A stretch of DNA of 64,000 bases from Candidatus Neochristensenella gallicola. GTDB lineage: Bacteria; Bacillota; Clostridia; Christensenellales; QALW01. A program made the translations under genes and the position numbers. Location of the stretch: NCBI GenBank assembly GCA_904419735.1, contig CAJFSR010000003.1:11290-75289 (forward strand), read 5' to 3'. The notes beneath the pieces were generated by a model. It ran no database searches, was not told the DNA's origin, and worked only from the letters and a program-made list of their open reading frames with translations. This document shows positions 9,553 to 18,562 of the stretch, one piece after another; position 1 is the first letter of the stretch; each line of letters opens with the position of its first letter.

Positions 9553-11172
9553 TTAACAGAAAAACGCGCAGAATTGGGCGCTGTCCCCGCTATACATCCC
9601 GCTGTCCTTCCACAGCCGCGCAAAAACAGATCTTAGCTCTACGATCGACATTGCGGCATAAAATTCAAAATCCTCTTTAAGATATTTATTGGAATACTCC
9701 GCTACAATCTCTTTTGTTGTATCAATACAATTTCGCATATCCTTGGATAAAGACTTATATCCAGCCAGGGAGCACAAATATTCCTTAAGCTGAACTTCCA
9801 TTTTGTCTTTAAATACAATCGCATTTACATACGGCCTGCCGCTGCATTGCACAGCGCAGAAACCTTCATTCGTCAGTTTTTGCAGATTTTCTTTTTCTGC
9901 TTCAGAAAATTGTGTCAGCGGCACATCCTTTACGATTGCATTAAGAGTTGCGTTCAGATAATAATCGGGGACATCCTTTTTATATCTTCTTTTTGAAAAT
10001 ACCGCATCCTGTGTTTGCGCCTGATATCCTTTCCAGCTTGTACCTATCCATCCGTTTCCGTTATTATTGAAAAACGAGGAGGGCAAACGGCATACAGCCC
10101 CTTCTTCAAATCCGATTATGCCCCAGTCCCCTCCACCGCTCCGCTTGAAATGAGAAAAAATATTGCTTGCAAAAGAAGATGCTTCCATTAGCTGCTCCAG
10201 GTATAGGGCGAAATAAATCTGCACATCATTTACACTGTAATTGCCAAATGTTGCTCCCAGCTCGTCCGCTTTCTTCAAGGCCGGCTCGGCAAGCTGCCAG
10301 ATTGCGGCGGCATGCTGCTCGGCAAAAGTACAAATAACTTCATTAAGCCTGTTCTGGCATTCCACAGGTACGATAAAAAAATTAGTTAAATATTTATTAT
10401 TTTCAACTTTCTTAAGAAGCTCAGCTTTAACGAGCAGCTCCGCTTCTTCCTCCATATAAGGAGCGGCAATGCCCAGTTCTAGAGATAGGTCCTGCAGGGT
10501 GCTTGGATTATTATGCGCCTGACACAGAATATTTACAGGAATTTTGCGTTTGATCGCCGACCACGGAAGCCCTGACGGCTGATTGCCTGAAACGCAAAAA
10601 GATATGCTCTCAGGCTTATAGCTTCTTGTTCCAAATTCTCTTGCCATTTCCATACCTTCTTTCAATATTTTTCGCGCACGGTACAATTTTGACATAACCG
10701 TACCTGCTGGGATATTGAGAGAGCGGGCTATATCGCTGATTTTTTCACCTTGAAAATAATACGCTACAAGAATATTTCGGTAATCCGATGAGGCCATTGC
10801 CAACTCCCTGCGAAGCAGAGACAGGTTTTCACTATTTACAAGCTCTTCTTCAGGATTATAAGCGTTGTCCTCAATCTCAAAATCGCTTATATCCTTTCTC
10901 TCCTCCGCAACAGCCTGCTTATGCTTTTTATCAGCCCATACGCTATAGCGATTGCGCGCGATTCGCCATATCCATGCAGAAAGCTTTTCGGGAATTATGC
11001 CTTTATCAAGCGAAGCGATAATATTAAGCGTAATATCTGAAGCCAAATCCTCCGCTTCATAAACATTTCCCGACTTTTTTAAGCAAAAGTAAAAAATCTT
11101 TTCCGAATAATCCTGTATAACAGCATATATCAGGCTATCTTTTTCGCCAGCTTTCACCGTCACTCTCACCAC
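9553..11172 (-). CDS. sigma-70/ECF-type RNA polymerase sigma factor with about 350-aa C-terminal extension
   Basis: Region 2-like DLASDITLNII...WIWRIARNRY and region 4 HTH EKISDIARSLNIPAGTVMSKLYRARKILKE within the first about 185 aa. The remaining about 350 aa are soluble, with no TM segment. GTG start. Confidence 0.8.
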   Translation of the reverse strand: MVRVTVKAGEKDSLIYAVIQDYSEKIFYFCLKKSGNVYEAEDLASDITLNIIASLDKGIIPEKLSAWIWRIARNRYSVWADKKHKQAVAEERKDISDFEIEDNAYNPEEELVNSENLSLLRRELAMASSDYRNILVAYYFQGEKISDIARSLNIPAGTVMSKLYRARKILKEGMEMAREFGTRSYKPESISFCVSGNQPSGLPWSAIKRKIPVNILCQAHNNPSTLQDLSLELGIAAPYMEEEAELLVKAELLKKVENNKYLTNFFIVPVECQNRLNEVICTFAEQHAAAIWQLAEPALKKADELGATFGNYSVNDVQIYFALYLEQLMEASSFASNIFSHFKRSGGGDWGIIGFEEGAVCRLPSSFFNNNGNGWIGTSWKGYQAQTQDAVFSKRRYKKDVPDYYLNATLNAIVKDVPLTQFSEAEKENLQKLTNEGFCAVQCSGRPYVNAIVFKDKMEVQLKEYLCSLAGYKSLSKDMRNCIDTTKEIVAEYSNKYLKEDFEFYAAMSIVELRSVFARLWKDSGMYSGDSAQFCAFFC

Positions 11173-11595
11173 CCTTCATCTATATAGTGAATAAAAAATA
11201 AATTGTATTGCAAAAAATCATATTTTTATGTCAAAAAATTTTCAGCGTTAGCGTACACGGCAAAACACGCCCAAGTCATGTAAATCTGCCTGTTTTCTAT
11301 ATTTCCTTAAGACGTTTCAGGTCCCGCGTCCCCCGTCCGCCTTAAAAATAGTCAAGTTTAAGCGGTTCTGAGATCTCAAAGTCAAAAACGTGATTTTGCC
11401 TCCCCACAAGATATTAGACGCCATGCGCCGGGCGTATTATGGAGCAAAAGCGGCCCCATACGCAAATTCAGCACTTAAAAACTTCATCATCCGCCGCATG
11501 CTAATATTGGACAAAAAACAAAGCTCTAATTTTGATATATGCAGTACCAAAATTAGAGCTTTTATTTGGAAAATGACCCTAATTGTGATACAAAT

Positions 11596-11621
11596 GAACC
11601 CCCTTTGGCGTTAGGGGGTTC
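11596..11621 (-). terminator. hairpin downstream of the CPBP gene (weak U tract)
   Basis: GAACCCCCT-N7-AGGGGGTTC, followed on the minus strand by ATTTGT. A third copy of AGGGGGTTC overlaps the stop codon, so alternative pairing is possible. Confidence 0.45.
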
Positions 11622-11639
11622 ACTTTGCGCTAAGGGGGT

Positions 11640-12347
11640 TCAGACCTGGCTTTGCTGCTTTTGCCCTACTTTTGTTAAATTGCTCCCAACAAGCATGGTG
11701 ACCGCCGCTGTGTCTATAAGCATATGGGCGAGAATGCAAGGAATGGAGCCGCGCGACAATTCTTTTACTGCACCCAGGGTAAATGTGTTCCCAAGTATCA
11801 TCAGGAAAAAGATGAGGTAATTGGAGGAACCAGCCGTGATCCACGGCAGACGATAGATGGGGAAATGCCATATAAACCAGATGACGGATATAACGAGCAT
11901 TTTCAGCACAAAACTTTTCTTTATGGATATATGGGTTTGCAGATACCATCGCCACCCCACCTCTTCCAGTCCGCCCTGCAAAAGCGTCCAGGGGAAATAG
12001 GCAATCATGGCCGAAAATGGGGAACCGGTAAAAGTCACATTTCCCAGTAAAACTGATATTCCGTAATAGATAAGCGGCACCGCCAGAGCGGTGACATAGG
12101 CATACCGGCGTTCGTGCGGTGAAAACGCCGCTTTAAGAATTTGCCCTATTCCAGACATTTCACCGGACATCTGCACGAAACCAAAGGCAACCAGCATCGG
12201 CAGCAGATTCATGAAAATGAACAGCACGGAAGCCCAGATATTCGTGTTGTCCGGTACAAACCACAGGATAAGCTGACCTACCAGGAAGGTACAGACAATG
12301 GTGATAAGGGCGTATAAATAGGGCAATAAAATGCGTTGATTTTTCAT
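11640..12347 (-). CDS. CPBP family intramembrane glutamic endopeptidase (CAAX protease/Abi-like)
   Basis: Polytopic membrane protein with motif 1 EEVGWR, motif 2 FIWHF and motif 3 HMLID. Confidence 0.8.
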   Translation of the reverse strand: MKNQRILLPYLYALITIVCTFLVGQLILWFVPDNTNIWASVLFIFMNLLPMLVAFGFVQMSGEMSGIGQILKAAFSPHERRYAYVTALAVPLIYYGISVLLGNVTFTGSPFSAMIAYFPWTLLQGGLEEVGWRWYLQTHISIKKSFVLKMLVISVIWFIWHFPIYRLPWITAGSSNYLIFFLMILGNTFTLGAVKELSRGSIPCILAHMLIDTAAVTMLVGSNLTKVGQKQQSQV

Positions 12348-12403
12348 ATCCGTCTCCTGAATACCAGATTTACTTTATACTATCAGATTATTCTGAAAAG
12401 AGC

Positions 12404-12463
12404 AAGAAAAAGCACCGCAACCCTGATACCCATTGTATCAAAATTGCCAAAATTGCAGTGCTT
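12404..12463 (-). terminator. terminator of the tRNA-Gly/tRNA-Lys transcription unit
   Basis: On the minus strand: AAGCACUGCAA ... UUGCGGUGCUU followed by UUUUUC. It starts 3 nt after tRNA-Lys. Confidence 0.6.
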
Positions 12464-12466
12464 CTT

Positions 12467-12542
12467 TGGTGGACGATCAGGGGCTCGAACCCTGGACACC
12501 CTGATTAAGAGTCAGGTGCTCTACCAACTGAGCTAATCGTCC
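12467..12542 (-). tRNA. tRNA-Lys (anticodon CUU), CCA encoded
   Basis: Manual cloverleaf: acceptor GGACGAU/AUCGUCC, D arm GCUC-AGUUGGUA-GAGC, anticodon arm CCUGA-CUCUUAA-UCAGG, T arm CAGGG-UUCGAGC-CCCUG, then ACCA. Confidence 0.95.
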
Positions 12543-12545
12543 GTT

Positions 12546-12620
12546 TGGAGCGGAAGACGAGATTCGAACTCGCGACATTCGCCTTGGCAAGGCGACGCTC
12601 TACCACTGAGCCACTCCCGC
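12546..12620 (-). tRNA. tRNA-Gly (anticodon GCC), CCA encoded
   Basis: Manual cloverleaf: acceptor GCGGGAG/CUUCCGC, D arm GCUC-AGUGGUA-GAGC, anticodon arm UCGCC-UUGCCAA-GGCGA, T arm GCGAG-UUCGAAU-CUCGU, then UCCA. A TTTACA-17-TAATAT promoter lies near 12690-12660 on the minus strand. Confidence 0.95.
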
Positions 12621-12722
12621 ATTTTTTGCTAACAATTATTTCATTGTCAGCAGATGGTATATTATCATATTCCCCTCTTTTTGTAAAGCGTTTTTAGAGA
12701 TTAAATAAAAAATTTTTCAAAA

Positions 12723-13724
12723 TCAGCGTTTTTTTATTACCTTATTTTTCAGTTCTTTACCCAGCGCAAAATCAGATGCGTTTTGAAGCGTGGTATTGGC
12801 TATCGCTTCAAGCGCTTCCACGGTAAAATAAGCCTGGTGCGAGGTAACAAGCACATTGGGCAGCGCCAGCAGCTCCAGCAAGGTATCATCCCCTAATATA
12901 CTGTCTGTAAAATCCTCATAAAAATAATTTTCCTCTTCCTCATATACGTCCAGCCCCACTGAGGAAATAATTTTGCTTTTCAGCCCGTCTATAAGCGCCT
13001 GCGTGTCCACAAGACCGCCGCGGGAAATATTTATAAACATTACGCCCATTTTCATTTTAGAAATACTCTCGCTATTGATTAAATGCCGGTTTTCTTCGGT
13101 AAGCGGGCAATGCAGGGTTATAATATCGCTTTGGGCATACAATTCGTCCAAACTAACTAATTCTATTGCGTTTTCCTGAGCATATTTCTTATCGGCATAT
13201 ATATCATGCGCTATGATCCGGCAGGAAAAAGCCTTTAGCAAATCGGCCACAGCCCTGCCTATACGCCCCAGCCCAATTATGCCCGCGGTTTTCCCTGCCA
13301 TATTAAAACCAAGCAGCCCCTTGAGGCTGAAATTGTATTCTTTAGTACGCAGATACGCTTTATGTATCTTGCGGTTAAGCGCCAGAATAAGAGCCAAAGT
13401 ATGCTCCGCTACGCCCTGCGAAGAATATTCAGGCACGTTCATAACGCATACGCCCAATCTTTCGGCCGTAGCTAAATCCACGTTATTAACTCCGGCGCAT
13501 CTGAGCAGGAGCAAACGTATACCGTTCTCTTTTATGCATTCAAGCGCATCAGCCGAAACCCTGTCGTTGACAAAGCAGCAAACTGCGTCAAAGCCCGAAG
13601 CCATATCGGCGTTAGAGCAGTCCAGTCTGTCGGCAAAAAATCTCAGTTCAAAATCAAACCCCTTATTGGCGTTGGTAAAAAAGTCAACATCATATTCTTT
13701 CGCGTCAAAAAAAGCGATTCTCAT
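12723..13724 (-). CDS. ldhA: D-isomer-specific 2-hydroxyacid dehydrogenase (D-lactate dehydrogenase-like)
   Basis: NAD-binding GIIGLGRIGRAV and a catalytic region with RGGLVD and SHQAYFT. Start taken at MRIAFFD (13724), 7 nt after GAAGGG; the ORF track extends to 13739. Confidence 0.82.
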   Translation of the reverse strand: MRIAFFDAKEYDVDFFTNANKGFDFELRFFADRLDCSNADMASGFDAVCCFVNDRVSADALECIKENGIRLLLLRCAGVNNVDLATAERLGVCVMNVPEYSSQGVAEHTLALILALNRKIHKAYLRTKEYNFSLKGLLGFNMAGKTAGIIGLGRIGRAVADLLKAFSCRIIAHDIYADKKYAQENAIELVSLDELYAQSDIITLHCPLTEENRHLINSESISKMKMGVMFINISRGGLVDTQALIDGLKSKIISSVGLDVYEEEENYFYEDFTDSILGDDTLLELLALPNVLVTSHQAYFTVEALEAIANTTLQNASDFALGKELKNKVIKKR

Positions 13725-13824
13725 TAATAAACCCTTCAATCCAGCGTATTTTTTATATATTCTTTCCTTAGTTTTGAAAGGTATGTATTAATTTTAAGAA
13801 TCTCTTTTTTATCAGCAGATAAAA

Positions 13825-14898
13825 TCAGCTGTTTTTCCTTAAAACGGCATCTTCAATAACGCGCATTACATTTTCCGCTCCTCTGGCCGCGGGCGCGTTT
13901 TTCATATTTTCAATATATCTATCCTTCTCGGCATACAATTTGCTTATGGCGCGCTCCAGAGCCGCTCCCGTGAGCTGCGCTTCAGGCAGTACCAGCGCAT
14001 ACCCGTCCCTTTCAAAGGCCTGCGCGTTCTGCACCTGGTCCCCGCGGGAGCCAGCGTCAAGAGGTATAAGCAGCATAGGCTTTTTAAGCGCAAGAAATTC
14101 GTTAATGCTGTTTGAACCGGCACGGGATATAACCATATCGGCAAGCGCAAACACATCAGGCAGCTGCTTATCCATATACTCCTTTTGCACATATCCCCTA
14201 AGGCCGTCATAACTATGCTCAGCCTTGCCCTTGCCGCAAAGATGTATTACGTTAAATTCCTCAAGCAGTTTTTCCAGCACTTCCCTTAACGCCTGATTGA
14301 CTTTGACAGAACCGCTGGAACCTCCCATGACCAGCAAAGTGGGCCGGCGGGGAAAATTAAGCGCCCTGCGCGCGGCTTCCCCGTCTCCTGAAAACAATTC
14401 TTTTCTTATCGGCGAACCGGTAACGACCACCTTTTTCCCGTCGAATTTTGTCCCCGCCTCTTTAAAGGTAACGCATATTTTTTCAGCGCTGGGCGCACAG
14501 AGCCGGGTAGCAAGTCCGGGAGAAATATCCGATTCATGTATGACGGCCGGGATTTTTAGTTTTCCCGCGGCCTTAACTACAGGCACGGACACAAAGCCGC
14601 CTTTGGAAAACAATACGTCGGGAGCTATTTCCCTTAATATATTAACAGACTGCCTGTATCCCTTTATTACCTTAAACGGGTCAGTAAGGTTCTTTATATC
14701 CAGATACCGGCGCAGCTTGCCGGCGCTTATTACATGATAGGTTATATCCGGCTGAGCGGTAATCAGCTCATATTCAAGCCCCTCGCGCGTACCGATATAA
14801 TGTATTTCATAGCCCCTTTTGCGCAGATAAGGCAAAAGCGCAATATTGGGAGTAACATGACCGGCAGTCCCCCCTCCGGTCAAAACAATTTTGGGCAT
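13825..14898 (-). CDS. murG: UDP-N-acetylglucosamine--N-acetylmuramyl-(pentapeptide) pyrophosphoryl-undecaprenol GlcNAc transferase
   Basis: N-terminal GGGTAGHVTP, C-terminal SRAGSNSINE and overall MurG length. Start at MPKIVLTGGG after AAGGAGA. Confidence 0.9.
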   Translation of the reverse strand: MPKIVLTGGGTAGHVTPNIALLPYLRKRGYEIHYIGTREGLEYELITAQPDITYHVISAGKLRRYLDIKNLTDPFKVIKGYRQSVNILREIAPDVLFSKGGFVSVPVVKAAGKLKIPAVIHESDISPGLATRLCAPSAEKICVTFKEAGTKFDGKKVVVTGSPIRKELFSGDGEAARRALNFPRRPTLLVMGGSSGSVKVNQALREVLEKLLEEFNVIHLCGKGKAEHSYDGLRGYVQKEYMDKQLPDVFALADMVISRAGSNSINEFLALKKPMLLIPLDAGSRGDQVQNAQAFERDGYALVLPEAQLTGAALERAISKLYAEKDRYIENMKNAPAARGAENVMRVIEDAVLRKNS

Positions 14899-15050
14899 AA
14901 AATATTCTCCTTCAGGCATAAAAATTCCATCTGTATTTACTATATGCCGTCCCTGTATTCGTGGTCAACAGCATACATTGTATATCTGTATGTTAAATTA
15001 AGCTGATATAGCAAAGGCACCCGTATTCTGCTTATTCAACCATACTTTTC

Positions 15051-15899
15051 CTAAAGCCCGAAAAGGCTGAGCAGCAAACCTGCCGCAGCCGAAATTCCGA
15101 ACAGCAGAAGTATAATCCTTACGCAATCCTTTAAATTCCTGTTGGCTCTGAACAGCACTATAAGTCCTACTCCGGCGCCCGCGCACAGGCCGGACACCGC
15201 CGAGCTGAGAGTAAGGGCTCCGCCTATATAAAGTTCAGTTATAAGCACTGAGGCGGCGCAATTAGGTATAAGCCCTATAACCGCTGCCAGAATAGGCTGA
15301 AAAAAGCTGCCCGAAAGCATAAACTTGCCCAGGTTTTCTTCTCCTACTAAATGAATAAGCCCGCCCAGCACAATATTTGCAGCAAGCACTATGGCAAAAA
15401 TACTAACGGTATGCTTGAGTGCGGAAAGGAAAATCCCATGCTCGCAGCCGCAGCCTGAGCACAGCTTTTTAATATTTTCTTCTCCCGAACCATTGTTTCT
15501 TTTAACAATAAAATCTATAACCAGCCCCGCTAAAACCGCTATAACAACCTTTATGCCGATAAGCAGCAGCATTTCCCCGACATGCCCCGGTTCAGACAGC
15601 ATGATTATTATCATCTCGTCCGAGGTGGATAAAAATACAGCCATAAGAGTGCCCAGCGTTATTATCCGTCCCGCATAAAGATTAGCGGCAATGGCTGAAA
15701 AACCGCATTGAGGCACGCAGCCCAGCAGCGCCCCTATCACGACTCCTAATTTGCCCGAACCGGCCAATGCTTTTTCCATTTTTCCCGAAGCATGGTGCTC
15801 TAAAAACTCTATAAGCAGATAGGCTAAAAACAAAAAAGGCAGAGTTTGAAGCGAGTCAAGCAAAGCGTGTTCTAAAATTTCCCATACGGTTTCCCACAT
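15051..15899 (-). CDS. putative metal (manganese-type) transporter, ArsP_2-like permease
   Basis: 282-aa polytopic protein with the duplicated motif PQCGFS / PNCAASV and an LEHH segment, as I recall for this family. The family assignment is from memory only. Confidence 0.55.
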   Translation of the reverse strand: MWETVWEILEHALLDSLQTLPFLFLAYLLIEFLEHHASGKMEKALAGSGKLGVVIGALLGCVPQCGFSAIAANLYAGRIITLGTLMAVFLSTSDEMIIIMLSEPGHVGEMLLLIGIKVVIAVLAGLVIDFIVKRNNGSGEENIKKLCSGCGCEHGIFLSALKHTVSIFAIVLAANIVLGGLIHLVGEENLGKFMLSGSFFQPILAAVIGLIPNCAASVLITELYIGGALTLSSAVSGLCAGAGVGLIVLFRANRNLKDCVRIILLLFGISAAAGLLLSLFGL

Positions 15900-15911
15900 A
15901 AATATATACTC

Positions 15912-16280
15912 CTATAGAATCAGCTGGACGGCTAAATTATCTAAAATCTGAAAAAGCAGAGGCAGCAGGCCGCACAGCACCCCCAATATTTTCTTCTTTC
16001 CCTCAGGCGCCATAAGCTTAGGCAGCAGAAAAAGCTGTATCACCACCAGAACTATTCTTATCCCCCACCAGGCAAAATGCCCGGTCGCAGTTATGCCTCT
16101 TAAATTCAAAAGAAAAAACAACAGCGCCAGAATGCCCTCAGGCAGCAGGGTTACATGCCAGAATTTTTTTGCAAAAGAAACAGGCCCCATTCCTATTATA
16201 AATGAATACAGCGTATAAATAACCGCGGCAATAAGTATAAAACCAACCGCCAGAAGCAATATCTGCAAAGTTATACTCAT
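15912..16280 (-). CDS. small integral membrane protein, unknown function
   Basis: 122-aa ORF with four hydrophobic helices, co-oriented with and 12 nt upstream of the transporter gene. Confidence 0.45.
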   Translation of the reverse strand: MSITLQILLLAVGFILIAAVIYTLYSFIIGMGPVSFAKKFWHVTLLPEGILALLFFLLNLRGITATGHFAWWGIRIVLVVIQLFLLPKLMAPEGKKKILGVLCGLLPLLFQILDNLAVQLIL

Positions 16281-16407
16281 AATTATATCCTAACTCATTT
16301 TTATAAAGCATTTTTCAGTTATTATATGCTATTTTTCGGTATTGCGCAAATATTTTGTTCAGTGCCTGAATAGAACGATATTTGAACGCTGAAAGGGGTT
16401 GAAAACA

Positions 16408-16525
16408 CAGCGCCGCAAGAAACTGCCGCGGCGTTTGCGGCCCGAAGGGCCGCCGGCCGGGCTAACGCCCGGCCCAGGCAGGCGGTAACGCCTGCCAAAC
16501 GCCGCGGCAGTTTCTTGCGGCGCTG
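16408..16525. repeat. GC-rich nested-palindrome element, copy A (30-bp perfect outer arms, three inner hairpins)
   Basis: Arms CAGCGCCGCAAGAAACTGCCGCGGCGTTTG (16408-16437) and its exact reverse complement (16496-16525). Inner hairpins are CGGCCC-GAA-GGGCCG, GGCCGGGC-TAAC-GCCCGGCC and GGCAGGCG-GTAA-CGCCTGCC. Confidence 0.9.
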
Positions 16526-16694
16526 GCCCAGTCTGCGGCCGGATACTACTCTGCCCCTGTTAAAATTATACTTATTACGCTTTAATATATCCTGGCAACA
16601 AGTCATAAATAATTCAAAATAATTATGAAATAAACCGCTCGCTATGGTATAATTAAGAAGAAACTAAAACTGTTACACATATGAAGGGAAAATA

Positions 16695-17432
16695 ATGAGT
16701 TCAAAAACAGTATTGATTACGGGTGCTTCACGGGGAATCGGCCGAGCCTGCGCCCTGGCCTTCGCTCACGCCGGCTGGAATGTAGCCGTAAATTATTTAA
16801 ACAGCGGCCAAAAAGCGTTAACACTGCTGGATGAAATTAAAAATGCAGGCTCCGGCGGCATAGCCGTCTGCGCCGATGTTTCTTCTCCTGACCAGGCTGA
16901 GATGCTTTTTAATAAAACCGCAGAAAAATTCGGCGGAATAGACGCGGTAATAAATAATGCCGGAATCGCGCAAAAAAAGCTCTTTATAGATATAACGCAG
17001 GAAGACTGGCAGAATATGCTCAACGTGAACCTTAGCGGCACTTTTCACTGCTGCCAGCAGGCAGTAAAACATATGATGTGGATCAGAAGGGGCTGCATAA
17101 TAAATATCTCTTCCATATGGGGCATAACGGGCGGAGCATGCGAGGTTCACTATTCTGCGGCAAAAGCCGGAATAATAGGCCTGACAAAAGCACTGGCAAA
17201 AGAGGCTGGCCAATGGAACATACGGGTAAACTGCATAGCGCCCGGAGTAATAGATACTGATATGATGGCCGGATTCAGCAGTCAGGATATTGCCGAATTA
17301 ACAAGCCAGACTCCTCTGGGCAGAATAGGCGCTCCCCCGGACATAGCCGCTTTAGCACTGTTTTTGGCCTCAGCTGACGCTCAGTTTATAACAGGCCAGG
17401 TAATAAGCCCTAACGGCGGTCTGGTTATATAA
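16695..17432 (+). CDS. SDR family oxidoreductase (3-oxoacyl-ACP reductase FabG-like)
   Basis: TGASRGIGRA cofactor motif, NNAG, catalytic YSAAKAG, 245 aa. Confidence 0.85.
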   Translation: MSSKTVLITGASRGIGRACALAFAHAGWNVAVNYLNSGQKALTLLDEIKNAGSGGIAVCADVSSPDQAEMLFNKTAEKFGGIDAVINNAGIAQKKLFIDITQEDWQNMLNVNLSGTFHCCQQAVKHMMWIRRGCIINISSIWGITGGACEVHYSAAKAGIIGLTKALAKEAGQWNIRVNCIAPGVIDTDMMAGFSSQDIAELTSQTPLGRIGAPPDIAALALFLASADAQFITGQVISPNGGLVI

Positions 17433-17685
17433 GTCCGGCCGTGCTCTGAAAGCGCTCAGCGGTCTTATATAGCTTGAAAAAGCGCAGTAATCCGCATATC
17501 TCCGGTTGACTCTGCGGCTTCAATTTATGAAAACTAGTCTGTTTTAATGGCGGACGAGGGGGCGCAGAGAAAGCGCACCCCCTATTTAGGATAACACAGA
17601 AAACGGGCAAATTTTCCGGCTGCGGCGCATTATCCCCTGCATACTAACACTAAAATATAATTATAAATAAAATGCGAGTAAAGCT

Positions 17686-18393
17686 ATGTTTCTGACTGTA
17701 AATAATATCAAATTATATTGCGAAAAATTAGGGCAAGGTCCCCCGCTTCTACTGCTGCACGGAAATAATGAATCTCATGAAATCTTCACTCCCCTCGCTG
17801 AAAGCCTAAAAGACATATTTACACTTTATATGCCTGACAGCCGGGGTCATGGCAAAAGCGAAAATGCGCCTTTAGATTATTATCTCATGGCGCAGGATAT
17901 CTATGGCTTAATTCAGAGCCTGGGACTTAAAAAACCGCATCTTATGGGCTTCAGCGACGGGGGTATTATTGCACTGCTTCTGGCCGCTAACTATCCCGAA
18001 TGCATTTCTTCCCTTATAGCGGCAGGCGCCAATCTTTCAGTTAAAGCCTTTAAGCCGCATGTCCTGATAAGCATGCAGCTGGAATACCTTTTTAAAAGAG
18101 ATCCAAAGCTGCGCTTAATGCTGAAACAGCCTGAAATTCCGACTCAAACGCTGGGCAGTATAGCCGCACCCTCCCTTATCATAGCAGGCGAAAAGGATGT
18201 GTTCCCGCTAAAGCACACGCTGCAAATAGCTCAAGCCATTGCTGATTCCCATTTATTAATTGTAAAGGGCAAAAATCACGGTAATTATATATATGGCTCA
18301 GATATGCTTTCCTCCGTTATTGCTCAATTCTGCCTAAAGCATACATTGCCGGCGCCAGCAGAAAATATATCCAGCCCTTTCATCAGGCTGTAA
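17686..18393 (+). CDS. alpha/beta hydrolase fold protein
   Basis: HG oxyanion motif LLLLHGNN, nucleophile elbow GFSDGG and a C-terminal His region (KNHGNY). Confidence 0.8.
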   Translation: MFLTVNNIKLYCEKLGQGPPLLLLHGNNESHEIFTPLAESLKDIFTLYMPDSRGHGKSENAPLDYYLMAQDIYGLIQSLGLKKPHLMGFSDGGIIALLLAANYPECISSLIAAGANLSVKAFKPHVLISMQLEYLFKRDPKLRLMLKQPEIPTQTLGSIAAPSLIIAGEKDVFPLKHTLQIAQAIADSHLLIVKGKNHGNYIYGSDMLSSVIAQFCLKHTLPAPAENISSPFIRL

Positions 18394-18562
18394 TTATATT
18401 TGTTTACAAAAGATATTATGCGCATAGGACACTTTTGTGTTATAATATGATAAATTTGATTTATTTCCGCAGCCATGCATTAATCTTTCTGCGGCTGATA
18501 AGCAATGGATTAATGAAAGATAAAAATGCGCTTGTCTAATACAAAAGCTTAGGAGAATCCTA

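Noticed and set aside
11390-11614. 74-aa track ORF in the spacer between the sigma-factor gene and the CPBP gene.
   Set aside because: It has no RBS, crosses two hairpins (11518-11563 and 11596-11621) and has no recognisable domain. It is likely non-coding promoter/terminator space.
13213-13791. Long antisense track ORFs inside well-supported genes, e.g. 13213-13791 (+), 51462-52124 (+), 52966-53463 (-), 53482-53958 (-), 3227-3682 (+) and 60827-61300 (-).
   Set aside because: They lie entirely opposite strongly recognisable genes (ldhA-like, decarboxylase, pckA, ABC, trpG). They lack RBSs and have low-complexity or Arg/Ser-rich composition typical of antisense frames.
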